From NCBI GenBank assembly GCA_041559855.1, contig JBFFCR010000001.1, forward strand, positions 1 to 45,748: a stretch of 45,748 bases of DNA. The letters are read 5' to 3'. The notes beneath the pieces are model-generated. The model did no database searches, was not told the DNA's origin, and was given only the letters and a program-made list of their open reading frames with translations. Position numbers and translations under genes: made by a program. Positions 23,189-31,380 of this stretch are shown one piece after another. How positions within the stretch are numbered: the stretch's first letter is position 1; each line of letters begins with the position of its first letter. The stretch comes from Anaerolineae bacterium (lineage in GTDB: Bacteria > Chloroflexota > Anaerolineae > JAAYZQ01).

Positions 23189-24493
23189 TTAGCCCACGAT
23201 TTGGCGCAGGAGGGGAGGAGTGCCGACCTTTTCCTCGCTCCATTCATAGGCAGACAGGAGACGCTGGCGCGCCCCAGCGAGCTTTGCTTCGTCGTTGGCG
23301 TGGATGGTGAACAGTGGTTGCCCTGCCACGACGTGGTCGCCTGTCTTTGCCTGAAGGATGATGCCAACAGCGTGATCAATATGATCGCCCTTCTTTGCGC
23401 GGCCACCTCCCAAGAGCATTGAGGTCATTCCAACTTCCCGAGCGTTCACACCTGCAACATAGCCAGACCGGGGGGAGGGAATCACTCTCTGGTACCTCGC
23501 CGCAGGCAGCAGCTCGGGTTCGTCGACGCTTCTAAGGTCTCCATGCTGCGCCGCTATCCACTCGCGAAACTTGGAGAGCGCCTGGCGGCTGTCTAGCAGG
23601 CTTGCCAATCGCGCCTTCAAGTCAGCTGCGTCCTGAGCCTGGCCTGTGAGTTGAAGCATCTGGCTGCCTATGGTTAAACAGTGTTCCTGGAAGTCAGCGG
23701 GTCCATTGCCATTGAGGGTATCCAGAGCCTCTCGAAGCTCTAGCGCGTTTCCTACCGCCCGTCCGAGGGGCTGGTTCATGTCGGAAATCACAGCGCGAAC
23801 CCGGCGCCCCATGCGCTTTCCGATCTCGACCATCAAAGAGGCCAGAGCGTAGGCATCATCCTCCGTGCTCATAAAGGCCCCGTGCCCTACCTTAACATCC
23901 AACACAATCCCGGTTGCGCCAGCCGCGATCTTTTTGCTCATGATGGAACTGGCGATGAGGGGCAAGCTGCCCACTGTGGCCGTGACGTCGCGCAAGGCAT
24001 AGAGCTTGCCATCCGCAGGGGCCAGATCGCCGGACTGGCCCGAAACGACGATTCCGATGGCTGCCAGTTGGCTCCGAAAGTCCTGTTCGGTGAGATCTGA
24101 GGAAAAACCAGGGATCGACTCAAGCTTGTCAAGTGTGCCCCCTGTGAATCCCAACCCACGCCCTGACATCTTGCCGACGCAGATGCCTGCTGCTGCTACC
24201 AGTGGGGCAACCACGAGTGTCGTTTTGTCACCGACGCCGCCCGTTGAATGCTTGTCCGCTACAAACGGTGCAATGTCTTCGAGGTTGAGCTGTCTGCCTG
24301 AGCGTGCCATAGACATTGTGAGGTCAATAGTCTCTTGTCGATCCATCCCGCGCAGGAAGATGGCCATGAGCCAAGCAGCAACCTGGTAGTCTGGGATGGT
24401 GCCTTGGGTGCATCCTTGGACAAAGAAGTCGATCTCCTCGGCGCTCAGAGCCATGCCGTCCCGTTTCCGCGTTATGATGTCAACTGCTCGCAT
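23189..24493 (-). CDS. pdp: Pyrimidine-nucleoside (thymidine) phosphorylase
   Basis: I place the start at MRAVDIITRKRDGMALSAEEIDFFVQGCTQGTIPDYQVAAWLMAIFLRGM, with an AGGAGG Shine-Dalgarno. Other motifs are KHSTGGVGDKTTLVVAPL and SGRGLGFTGGTLDKLESIPGF. The product is 434 aa. Confidence 0.92.
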   Translation of the reverse strand: MRAVDIITRKRDGMALSAEEIDFFVQGCTQGTIPDYQVAAWLMAIFLRGMDRQETIDLTMSMARSGRQLNLEDIAPFVADKHSTGGVGDKTTLVVAPLVAAAGICVGKMSGRGLGFTGGTLDKLESIPGFSSDLTEQDFRSQLAAIGIVVSGQSGDLAPADGKLYALRDVTATVGSLPLIASSIMSKKIAAGATGIVLDVKVGHGAFMSTEDDAYALASLMVEIGKRMGRRVRAVISDMNQPLGRAVGNALELREALDTLNGNGPADFQEHCLTIGSQMLQLTGQAQDAADLKARLASLLDSRQALSKFREWIAAQHGDLRSVDEPELLPAARYQRVIPSPRSGYVAGVNAREVGMTSMLLGGGRAKKGDHIDHAVGIILQAKTGDHVVAGQPLFTIHANDEAKLAGARQRLLSAYEWSEEKVGTPPLLRQIVG

Positions 24494-24510
24494 GGTAACC
24501 TCCTGGCAGC

Positions 24511-24538
24511 AGTATAGCACAAAGCAGGCAATTGCAAA
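24511..24538 (-). promoter_or_regulatory. Candidate pdp promoter (TTTGCA-16-TATACT)
   Basis: On the minus strand, TTTGCA lies at the complement of 24533-24538 and TATACT at the complement of 24511-24516. Its -35 element overlaps the -35 of the divergent trmFO promoter. The predicted leader is very short and contains AGGAGG. Confidence 0.35.
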
Positions 24539-24561
24539 AGCCACATGGACTATGGTATAAT
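24532..24561 (+). promoter_or_regulatory. Sigma-70-like promoter for trmFO (TTGCAA-18-TATAAT with TGn extended -10)
   Basis: TTGCAA is at 24532-24537, followed by an 18-nt spacer and TGGTATAAT ending at 24561. This leaves a leader of about 140 nt before the ATG at 24709. Confidence 0.5.
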
Positions 24562-24708
24562 CTGCTGGTGAGCAGGCTACTGACAGATGGAATTCTGCTC
24601 GCAAACGGTGAGTTGTCGATTCGGTGTTGACGTGCCCAAGATGCGTGGGCCGGCCTAACAGGGGCGGGCAGTCAACTATCAACAAACTGCCCATGTAAGG
24701 GAGAGCGG

Positions 24709-26031
24709 ATGCCTGACCTGGAAGTCATAGGCGGCGGCTTGGCGGGAAGTGAGGCTGCGTGGCAGGCAGCTGAACGGGGGCTAACCGTGGCTCTCTACGA
24801 GATGCGGCCGCGGCAGACCACGCCCGCTCATGTTGGCGGCTCTTTGGCTGAGCTGGTCTGCTCAAACTCGCTGGGTTCCAACTTGACCGATCGCGCTCCT
24901 GGGTTATTGAAGGAGGAGCTACGCCGCCTGGGCTCGCTGGTGATCGAATGTGCTGATGCGACTGCAGTCCCTGCAGGAGGCGCTCTTGCGGTCGACCGTG
25001 AGGCGTTCGCGCAAATGGTGACCGCGCGTATCGCGGGGCACCCCCGCATCACGGTGCATCGACGGGAAGTGACAACCATCCCTCAGCGGATGGCAGTGGT
25101 TGTGGCCACAGGTCCCCTTACCTCTCCAGCACTTGCTGGCGGAATCGCCCAGTTGACGGGCTCTTCCTACCTTTACTTCTATGATGCGATGGCGCCCATT
25201 GTCGCGGCAGAGTCCATTGATATGTCAGTTGCTTTTCGGGCCAGTCGGTATGGTACTGAAGGGGAGGCAGGTGACTATATCAACTGCCCCATGAGTCAGT
25301 CCGAGTATGAGCAGTTTGTTGACGCGCTGCTAAGCGCCAAGACCATTCCTTTGCGTGACTTTGAGTTGGAGGATCCTCGCTTCTTTGAGGCTTGTCTGCC
25401 TGTTGAAGTGCTGGCTCGCCGGGGACAGAAAGCGCTGGCGTTTGGTCCCTTGAAGCCGGTCGGCTTGACAGACCCGCGCACGGGTCTGCGGCCCTACGCG
25501 GTTGTGCAGCTGCGCCAGGACAACCACTCAGCTACCCTATACAATCTTGTAGGTTTTCAGACCAACCTTGCGTGGGGCGAGCAGGAGCGAGTCTTCCGAC
25601 TTGTTCCGGGACTCGAGCGCGCAGAGTTCGTGCGTTTCGGACAAATGCATCGAAACACCTTCATCAATGCCCCGGCTTTGCTCTTGCCGACAATGCAGTA
25701 TCGGGAGAGAGCAGATCTCTTTTTCGCCGGACAGATCACGGGCACGGAGGGTTACGTGGGATCTGTGGCAGGCGGGTTTGTGGCTGGGGCAAATGCTGCT
25801 CGGCTGGCAATGGAACTTGCTCCAGTCTCTTTTCCCGAAACCACGATGATCGGAGCCCTTTGTAGCTATGTATCGAGAGCGGAGCCACGCGGATTTCAGC
25901 CGATGAAGGCCAACTTTGGCCTGTTACCCCCGCTTGCGCCCCCTGTGCGCAAGAAGCGAGAGCGCTATGCAGCCTATGCCCGGCGCGGCTTGGCTGATCT
26001 GGGCCACTTTATCGCTGCGCAATGCCTCTAG
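24709..26031 (+). CDS. trmFO: Methylenetetrahydrofolate--tRNA-(uracil54-C5)-methyltransferase (FADH2-oxidizing)
   Basis: The sequence [34 protein letters not shown]...[10 protein letters not shown]...[19 protein letters not shown] at 440 aa is a typical TrmFO/Gid layout. Confidence 0.92.
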   Translation: MPDLEVIGGGLAGSEAAWQAAERGLTVALYEMRPRQTTPAHVGGSLAELVCSNSLGSNLTDRAPGLLKEELRRLGSLVIECADATAVPAGGALAVDREAFAQMVTARIAGHPRITVHRREVTTIPQRMAVVVATGPLTSPALAGGIAQLTGSSYLYFYDAMAPIVAAESIDMSVAFRASRYGTEGEAGDYINCPMSQSEYEQFVDALLSAKTIPLRDFELEDPRFFEACLPVEVLARRGQKALAFGPLKPVGLTDPRTGLRPYAVVQLRQDNHSATLYNLVGFQTNLAWGEQERVFRLVPGLERAEFVRFGQMHRNTFINAPALLLPTMQYRERADLFFAGQITGTEGYVGSVAGGFVAGANAARLAMELAPVSFPETTMIGALCSYVSRAEPRGFQPMKANFGLLPPLAPPVRKKRERYAAYARRGLADLGHFIAAQCL

Positions 26032-26148
26032 CTCCCTCTCGGCCCTCCGCTACGCGCAACGCTACCAAGATTGGGAGCGCGATACTACCGTCTACTTTTC
26101 CTGTCGGCGTCTCGAGTGAAAGGGGCACGATTTTCCAGGAGATCGGCG

Positions 26149-26805
26149 ATGTCTTATGTGTTTATGAGAGTACTGGAATCAGCCCCGCACCGGTACGAGG
26201 CCGGGATGCGCCTACTGACCTTGGGGCGACTGGCAAAGGTGCGCCAGGATATCGCAGCGCAGGTGAACGCAGGTGACCGGGTCCTTGAAATTGGCTGTGG
26301 CACCGGCACTCTTGCCGTGCTGTTGGCGGAGAAGGGCGCTAGCGTGGTGGCTATTGACATCTACCCGGCGATGGTGCGCGCGACTTCGCGGCTTGTGCGC
26401 GAGGCTGGTTTGGACGAACTGGTCACGGTGGAAGAGATGGGCGCGGTTGACCTGGACACTGCCTTCGAAGACGCATCCTTCGATGTAGTGGTGAGCGCAC
26501 TAGTCTTTAGCGAGCTGTCCCAGGATGAGACAGAGTATACACTGCATGAGTGCTGGCGAATTCTGCGCCCCAGTGGCACTCTACTGATCGCTGACGAGGT
26601 GTTGCCATCGTCCGTGCTGGGCCGATTCGGAGCGCATCTCTTGAGGGTGCCCTTTGCTGTTGCAGCGTTCGTCCTGACTCAGACCACAACTCACCGAGTC
26701 GCTGGGCTGGAGGGGCTGGTCGCCAGGGCTGGTTTCCGAATTGTCAGAGTCGCTGCCTATCTGGCGGGCACGATGAAACTGATCGCTGGGGAGAAGGTAG
26801 CATGA
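26149..26805 (+). CDS. Class I SAM-dependent methyltransferase, partner of the HgcAB-like protein (CpaM-like by recollection)
   Basis: I place the start at MSYVFMRVLESAPHRYE, with AGGAGA 6 nt upstream. The SAM motif I is RVLEIGCGTGTLAVLLAEKGASVVAIDI, motif II is FDVVVSALVFSEL, and a later motif is LRPSGTLLIADE. Its stop overlaps the next ATG (ATGA at 26802-26805). Confidence 0.85.
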   Translation: MSYVFMRVLESAPHRYEAGMRLLTLGRLAKVRQDIAAQVNAGDRVLEIGCGTGTLAVLLAEKGASVVAIDIYPAMVRATSRLVREAGLDELVTVEEMGAVDLDTAFEDASFDVVVSALVFSELSQDETEYTLHECWRILRPSGTLLIADEVLPSSVLGRFGAHLLRVPFAVAAFVLTQTTTHRVAGLEGLVARAGFRIVRVAAYLAGTMKLIAGEKVA

Positions 26806-27935
26806 GTCGCATTGTCGATTGGCTGATGGCGATGACTCAGACGGTGTTTCGGCTGTTCCCGTTTCCGACACGCACTGGGTTACGTACTATCGGTTCGCCG
26901 GATCGTGATGCCCCGGTGCTTGTCACCTGCAATTTCGATCTGACAGTACGCCGTGTGATCAGGGCTCTGCAAGGGCTGGACTGCCATCTGCTGGTTGCTG
27001 ATAGCCGGGGCATCAATGTCTGGTGTGCAGCGGGCGGCGGCAAGCTTACGGCGCACTCGGTCAGCTCGGTTGTCAAGACAACTCGCATCGCCGAGAAAGT
27101 GAATCACCGGACGCTGATCTTACCACAGCTCTCTGCCCCGGGGATCGACATCGCGCGGGTCGAGGAGGAAACAGGTTGGCACTGCAGGTTCGGGCCCACT
27201 TATGCACAGGACATCCCGGCCTATTTGGGAGCGAATCTCTGCAAGACAGATGGCATGCGCCGGGTCACGTTCCCGCTGGCTGCACGGCTGGAGATGGCTG
27301 TGATGTGGGCGGGTTTGCTGTCCGTTCTAGTCGTGATCCCCGTTGCCATCGTCAATTGGCGCCTGCTGCCTGGTGTCCTGGCGATGATCTGGGGTTTCGC
27401 CCTCTTTCTGTTTGCGTTCTTTCGCCAGGTGTTGCGTTTTGCTCCTGGTCCCACCGGTCTGGCCAAGGTTTTGCTCTTGGGTTTGGTCGGGGCAGCAGGC
27501 GTGGTAGCTTACGGACTCGTGCCGGGCAATTGGTCAGCGGGTTCGATCGTGGGCTGGTGTCTGGGAATCGTGGGCGTGGCTCTAGTCCTGGGCTTTGATC
27601 TGGCAGGTACCAGTCCGCTCCTGGCAGGGGAGACGGTGGCCTACTATGCACGGAGATGGCCACAGGTACTCAAGCTCTGGGCTCTGATCGGCTACGACTT
27701 GGAGATGCCATTCACGTTGGCGGTGGATGGGGGGCAGTGCAATGGGTGCGGCGCGTGTGTAGAAGTGTGCCCCAAAGGGGTTTTCGAGCTATGCCGCTCG
27801 GGTGCTATGCTCAGGTCTCGGGTCTTGCACCTGAAGGAGTGCGTGCAGTGCACGGCATGTGTCAAGCAATGTCCTGAGCACGCGATTCTGGCCGAGCCTC
27901 CGATCAAGACATTCGAAGTGCTAGAGGCTGTGTGA
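26802..27935 (+). CDS. Fused HgcA-like corrinoid membrane protein plus HgcB-like 2x[4Fe-4S] ferredoxin (HgcAB-like fusion)
   Basis: The N-terminal ~150 aa read GSPDRDAPVLVTCNFDLTVRRVIRALQGLDCHLLVADSRGINVWCAAGGGKLT...HRTLILPQLSAPGIDIARVEEETGWHCRFGPTYAQDIPAYL...MRRVTFPLAARLE. This is colinear with the HgcA/CFeSP corrinoid domain and includes the NVWCAAG cap-helix Cys motif. Four to five hydrophobic helices follow at about aa 155-285. The C-terminus has CNGCGACVEVCP and CVQCTACVKQCP. Confidence 0.8.
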   Translation: MSRIVDWLMAMTQTVFRLFPFPTRTGLRTIGSPDRDAPVLVTCNFDLTVRRVIRALQGLDCHLLVADSRGINVWCAAGGGKLTAHSVSSVVKTTRIAEKVNHRTLILPQLSAPGIDIARVEEETGWHCRFGPTYAQDIPAYLGANLCKTDGMRRVTFPLAARLEMAVMWAGLLSVLVVIPVAIVNWRLLPGVLAMIWGFALFLFAFFRQVLRFAPGPTGLAKVLLLGLVGAAGVVAYGLVPGNWSAGSIVGWCLGIVGVALVLGFDLAGTSPLLAGETVAYYARRWPQVLKLWALIGYDLEMPFTLAVDGGQCNGCGACVEVCPKGVFELCRSGAMLRSRVLHLKECVQCTACVKQCPEHAILAEPPIKTFEVLEAV

Positions 27936-27990
27936 GGCTTTGCGCCGTCAAGCTTGGTTTCGCGCGCGGCGAAATACCCGAGAGGAACTT

Positions 27991-28956
27991 GTGGGCAAAG
28001 AGAGCGAGTATGTAGTCGAGACGAGCAACCTAACTCGAATCTTCAAGACCGCCAAGGCTGTTGACGGCCTCAGCCTTTCGGTGCGCCGTGGCGAGATCAT
28101 CGGTTTGGTGGGGCCTGACGGGGCGGGCAAGACGACGACCATTCGCATGTTGTGCGCTATCATGGATCCCACTGAAGGCTCGGCCCGTGTGGCAGGACTT
28201 GATACGGTCCGCGAGCCAGAGCGGATCAAGCGGCTCATCGGCTACATGGCGCAACGCTTCAACTTGTACGGCGATCTATCGGTGACAGAGAATCTCGATT
28301 TCTTTGCGGACGTTTTCCAGGTGCGCGGGCGTGAGCGACGCGAGCGTAAGGAACGGCTGCTTCGGTTTGCTCAACTCACCGAATTCGGAGCGCGACGGGC
28401 GGCCCATCTTTCAGGGGGCATGCAGAAGAAGCTGGCGTTAGCGTGTACGCTGATCCACCGGCCTGAGATCATTTTTCTGGATGAGCCCACGACCGGCGTG
28501 GACCCGGTCAGTCGCCGCGAGTTCTGGGACATTCTAGGCGAGCTGCACATGGAGGGCATCACGATCCTGGTTAGCACGCCGTATATGGACGAGGCGGAGC
28601 GTTGTTCCAGGGTCGCGCTGATGTATCAGGGGCGGATCATAGTCTGCGATGAACCGGAGCGGATCAAAGGCATGGTCGCTGGTGATCTGGTGGAGCTGAG
28701 GTCCTCCGATCTACGCCTCGCCGAGCAGATCGTGGCGGGGCTGGAGGGTGTCTTTGAGGTACAGACATACGGCGATCTCTTGCATGTGTTCGTCGATGAT
28801 CTGCCCTCGCGCCATTCATCGCTGGTGGCTGCCCTGGATGCTGCAGGTGTGCAAGTCATCGATCTACGGCAAACCCGACCGCGAATGGAGGAAGCCTTTG
28901 TATCGCTGGTGCGCAGGGAGATTGCGGCTGAGCAATCGGCTGGCGAGAGTGGGTAG
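27991..28956 (+). CDS. ABC transporter ATP-binding protein (ABC-2/DrrA/YbhF-type)
   Basis: Walker A is GLVGPDGAGKTTT, the signature is LSGGMQKKLALA and Walker B is IIFLDEPTTGVD. I prefer a GTG start at 27991 with AGAGGA upstream. The track TTG at 27940 is possible. Confidence 0.9.
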   Translation: MGKESEYVVETSNLTRIFKTAKAVDGLSLSVRRGEIIGLVGPDGAGKTTTIRMLCAIMDPTEGSARVAGLDTVREPERIKRLIGYMAQRFNLYGDLSVTENLDFFADVFQVRGRERRERKERLLRFAQLTEFGARRAAHLSGGMQKKLALACTLIHRPEIIFLDEPTTGVDPVSRREFWDILGELHMEGITILVSTPYMDEAERCSRVALMYQGRIIVCDEPERIKGMVAGDLVELRSSDLRLAEQIVAGLEGVFEVQTYGDLLHVFVDDLPSRHSSLVAALDAAGVQVIDLRQTRPRMEEAFVSLVRREIAAEQSAGESG

Positions 28957-28967
28957 GTGACGGTGAC

Positions 28968-29972
28968 TTGAAGGAAGAGAAGAGGAATCTCGAAGAGCAT
29001 ACTAGAGGCCACCAGGTATCGGTGAGTCAGCCTGCCATTCAGGTGTTAGAACTAACCAAGATCTTTGGCAGTTTCACGGCTGTGGATCGGGTGAGCTTCA
29101 TAGTGAACCGTGGGATGATCTTTGGCTTCCTTGGACCCAACGGCGCGGGAAAGACAACAACCATACGTATGCTGTTGGGATTGCTCAAGCCCACTTCGGG
29201 CGCGGCAAGCGTACTGGGCTTTGACATCGTGAGGCAGACCAATGAGATCAAGGGGCGTATCGGCTACATGTCCCAGCAGTTCAGTCTATACGATGATTTG
29301 ACGGTCGATGAGAATCTGAGCTTCTACGGTCGCACATATGGCGTGCGAAGATGGCGCTTGCAGGAACGGAAGAGATTCGTGCTGGAGACGGCTGGGTTGG
29401 TAGGGCGCGAACGAGAGCTGACACGGAACCTGTCAGGTGGATGGAAGCAGCGGCTGGCTTTGGGTACCGCGATCATCCATGAGCCGGAGATGCTATTCCT
29501 GGATGAGCCAACTGCTGGGATGGATCCTATCTCCCGCCGGGCCTTCTGGGATCTGCTTTATCATCTGGCCGACGCGGGTACGACCATTCTGGTCACCACC
29601 CACTATATGGACGAGGCGGAGCACTGCCAGCGCCTGGCCTTCATCCAGCGTGGGCGCATCGCCGTACAGGGCTCGCCGGCACTCATCAAAGAGACCAAGA
29701 TGCGCGGGGAAGTGTTGGAGATCGACTGCGGGGAACCGGCCACTGCGGTCCGGCTCCTTCGTGAGATGGGGGTCTTTGAGGAAGTGGCACTGTATGGGGC
29801 ACTGGTCCATGCGGTGGCCTTGGATGTAAGGGTGCTAAGGTCGGAGATTGCCGCTCAGCTTCAATCTGCGGGTGTGGAAGTGCGGACGATGGATGTCATT
29901 GCCCCGTCGCTGGAGGATGTGTTCATTTCGAGCGTGCGCGCACCATCAGGTCACAATGGATCAACGGCCTAG
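28968..29972 (+). CDS. ABC transporter ATP-binding protein (ABC-2/DrrA/YbhF-type), paralogue of the preceding gene
   Basis: Walker A is GFLGPNGAGKTTT, the signature is LSGGWKQRLALG and Walker B is MLFLDEPTAGMD. The exact start is uncertain: TTG at 28968 or a downstream GTG. Confidence 0.9.
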   Translation: MKEEKRNLEEHTRGHQVSVSQPAIQVLELTKIFGSFTAVDRVSFIVNRGMIFGFLGPNGAGKTTTIRMLLGLLKPTSGAASVLGFDIVRQTNEIKGRIGYMSQQFSLYDDLTVDENLSFYGRTYGVRRWRLQERKRFVLETAGLVGRERELTRNLSGGWKQRLALGTAIIHEPEMLFLDEPTAGMDPISRRAFWDLLYHLADAGTTILVTTHYMDEAEHCQRLAFIQRGRIAVQGSPALIKETKMRGEVLEIDCGEPATAVRLLREMGVFEEVALYGALVHAVALDVRVLRSEIAAQLQSAGVEVRTMDVIAPSLEDVFISSVRAPSGHNGSTA

Positions 29973-29991
29973 GACTGCGCCGGGGAGACTG

Positions 29992-31359
29992 ATGAAACGA
30001 CGAATTGTCATTGGGGCGGTGCTACTCGTAGTGGCAGCGATTGTTGTAGGGGGCTGGTGGTACGCAAGCCAAAACCCCTCGGCGTGCTCGTGGATTCGGA
30101 GCGAGTTCGAGAAAGCCATCGATGAACTTGGGCTGGGGCCCGAGCAAGAGACTCAGGAGATTGCAGCCTCAGGCTTTATAGAGGCCCAAAAGGTCTCGGT
30201 AAGTACTGATGTCGGAGGGCGCATCGTGGCTCTCTACGGCAGCGAGGGAGAGCAAGTAGGTCAGGGCGACGTGCTCGTGGAGTTGGATAGCTCGTTGCTG
30301 CTCGCTCAGATAGAGATGGCGGAGGCAGATCTTGAACTGGCAGAAGCCACGCTTGCTTTGGTGCAGGCTGGAGTACGGGATGAGACCCTGGCCCATGCAG
30401 AGGCCCAGGTTGCTCAGGCTGAAGCGGCACGAGAAGCGGCCCGAGTCGCGTGGTCGGACGCTCAGGCCATGCTCGCGAATCCCCAGGAACTGGAGCTAGC
30501 TATGACAGCTGCCCGGGCACAGGTAAGTGTGCTGAGTTTCCAAGTGCTACAAGCGCAAGCTGTGGCCAACTCAGCACAGGAGGGTCGCAATCTGTCGGAT
30601 GAGCTTCTCTCGATGCTGGAGAACTCGGCCCCGTTAGTGGCACCTGGTGTGCTGGCCGCCGCGGAGTATGAGCAGGCTTTGGCAACCTACAGGTCATGGG
30701 CCGCCTGGACCGGTGTTGATCAAGCTGAAGTGGCTCTTGAAGGGGCCAAACGGTATCTGGAAGAGCTGAATAGACAGAGAGTGGGTCCTCTTGATCTCGA
30801 GGCCGAGGCTCATGCGGCTGAGGCTCAATATGAGGTGGCAAATGCAGCTGTTGAACTGGCCGTGGCTCATCTGGAGGGTCTCAAGCTGGGCGCTAGCCCC
30901 GAGCAGATTGCGGCTGCTAAAGCGCAGGTTCAAGTGGCTCGCACCGGACTGGCGGCCCTCCAGGTGCAGCTGGCAAAGCTGACGCTGAAAGCACCCATCT
31001 CAGGCTTGGTGCTGGAATGCCCAGTGCATACAGGCGAGCTTGCTACGCCTGGAGTGCCGCTTGTGACCCTAGCCGACCTTGACGAGCTTACCCTTACCAT
31101 CTATGTCGCAGAGGATGAGGTGGGCAGGATCCAGTTGGGCCAGCCGGTCTCGGTTACAGTCGATGCCTACCCCGAACGTGTGTTTTCGGGAGCTGTCACC
31201 TGGATCTCTAACCAGGCAGAGTTCACGCCAAAGAACGTGCAGACACAGGAGGAGCGTGTGAGCATGGTGTTTGGCGTGGAGGTTGGGTTGCCAAATCCTG
31301 ATCATGCACTCAAACCAGGGATGCCGGCTGATGCGATCTTACCCGAGACGGCACGGTAG
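29992..31359 (+). CDS. HlyD/YbhG-family periplasmic adaptor (membrane fusion protein) with a long coiled-coil hairpin
   Basis: I place the start at MKRRIVIGAVLLVVAAIVVGGWWY (TM anchor), with GGGGAGA upstream. A lipoyl-like half reads GGRIVALYGSEGEQVGQGDVLVELD. A coiled coil of about 230 aa is rich in Ala, Glu and Gln. The C-terminal part reads APISGLVLE...FTPKNVQTQEERVSMVFGVEV...LKPGMPADA. Confidence 0.88.
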   Translation: MKRRIVIGAVLLVVAAIVVGGWWYASQNPSACSWIRSEFEKAIDELGLGPEQETQEIAASGFIEAQKVSVSTDVGGRIVALYGSEGEQVGQGDVLVELDSSLLLAQIEMAEADLELAEATLALVQAGVRDETLAHAEAQVAQAEAAREAARVAWSDAQAMLANPQELELAMTAARAQVSVLSFQVLQAQAVANSAQEGRNLSDELLSMLENSAPLVAPGVLAAAEYEQALATYRSWAAWTGVDQAEVALEGAKRYLEELNRQRVGPLDLEAEAHAAEAQYEVANAAVELAVAHLEGLKLGASPEQIAAAKAQVQVARTGLAALQVQLAKLTLKAPISGLVLECPVHTGELATPGVPLVTLADLDELTLTIYVAEDEVGRIQLGQPVSVTVDAYPERVFSGAVTWISNQAEFTPKNVQTQEERVSMVFGVEVGLPNPDHALKPGMPADAILPETAR

Positions 31360-31380
31360 TCAGAATATCGAGGACTATAC

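Noticed and set aside
24494-24694. 67-aa N-terminal extension of pdp
   Set aside because: It covers the trmFO and pdp promoter elements. Homology starts at MRAVDIITRKRDG, which has an AGGAGG site.
26032-26148. Cobalamin riboswitch or strong promoter upstream of the methyltransferase/HgcAB-like cluster
   Set aside because: No B12-box-like sequence is present, and the 117-nt gap is too short for that riboswitch. Only a weak TTGGGA-16-TACTTT match exists, so the cluster may be co-transcribed with trmFO.
26802-27935. Calling this gene a bona fide mercury-methylation hgcAB locus
   Set aside because: The corrinoid Cys motif is present, but the protein is an HgcA-HgcB fusion. The motif continues GGGK rather than GKG, and the ferredoxin part lacks the C-terminal cysteines of HgcB. 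As I recall, the fused homologues tested experimentally did not methylate Hg. I therefore keep it as HgcAB-like with unknown function.
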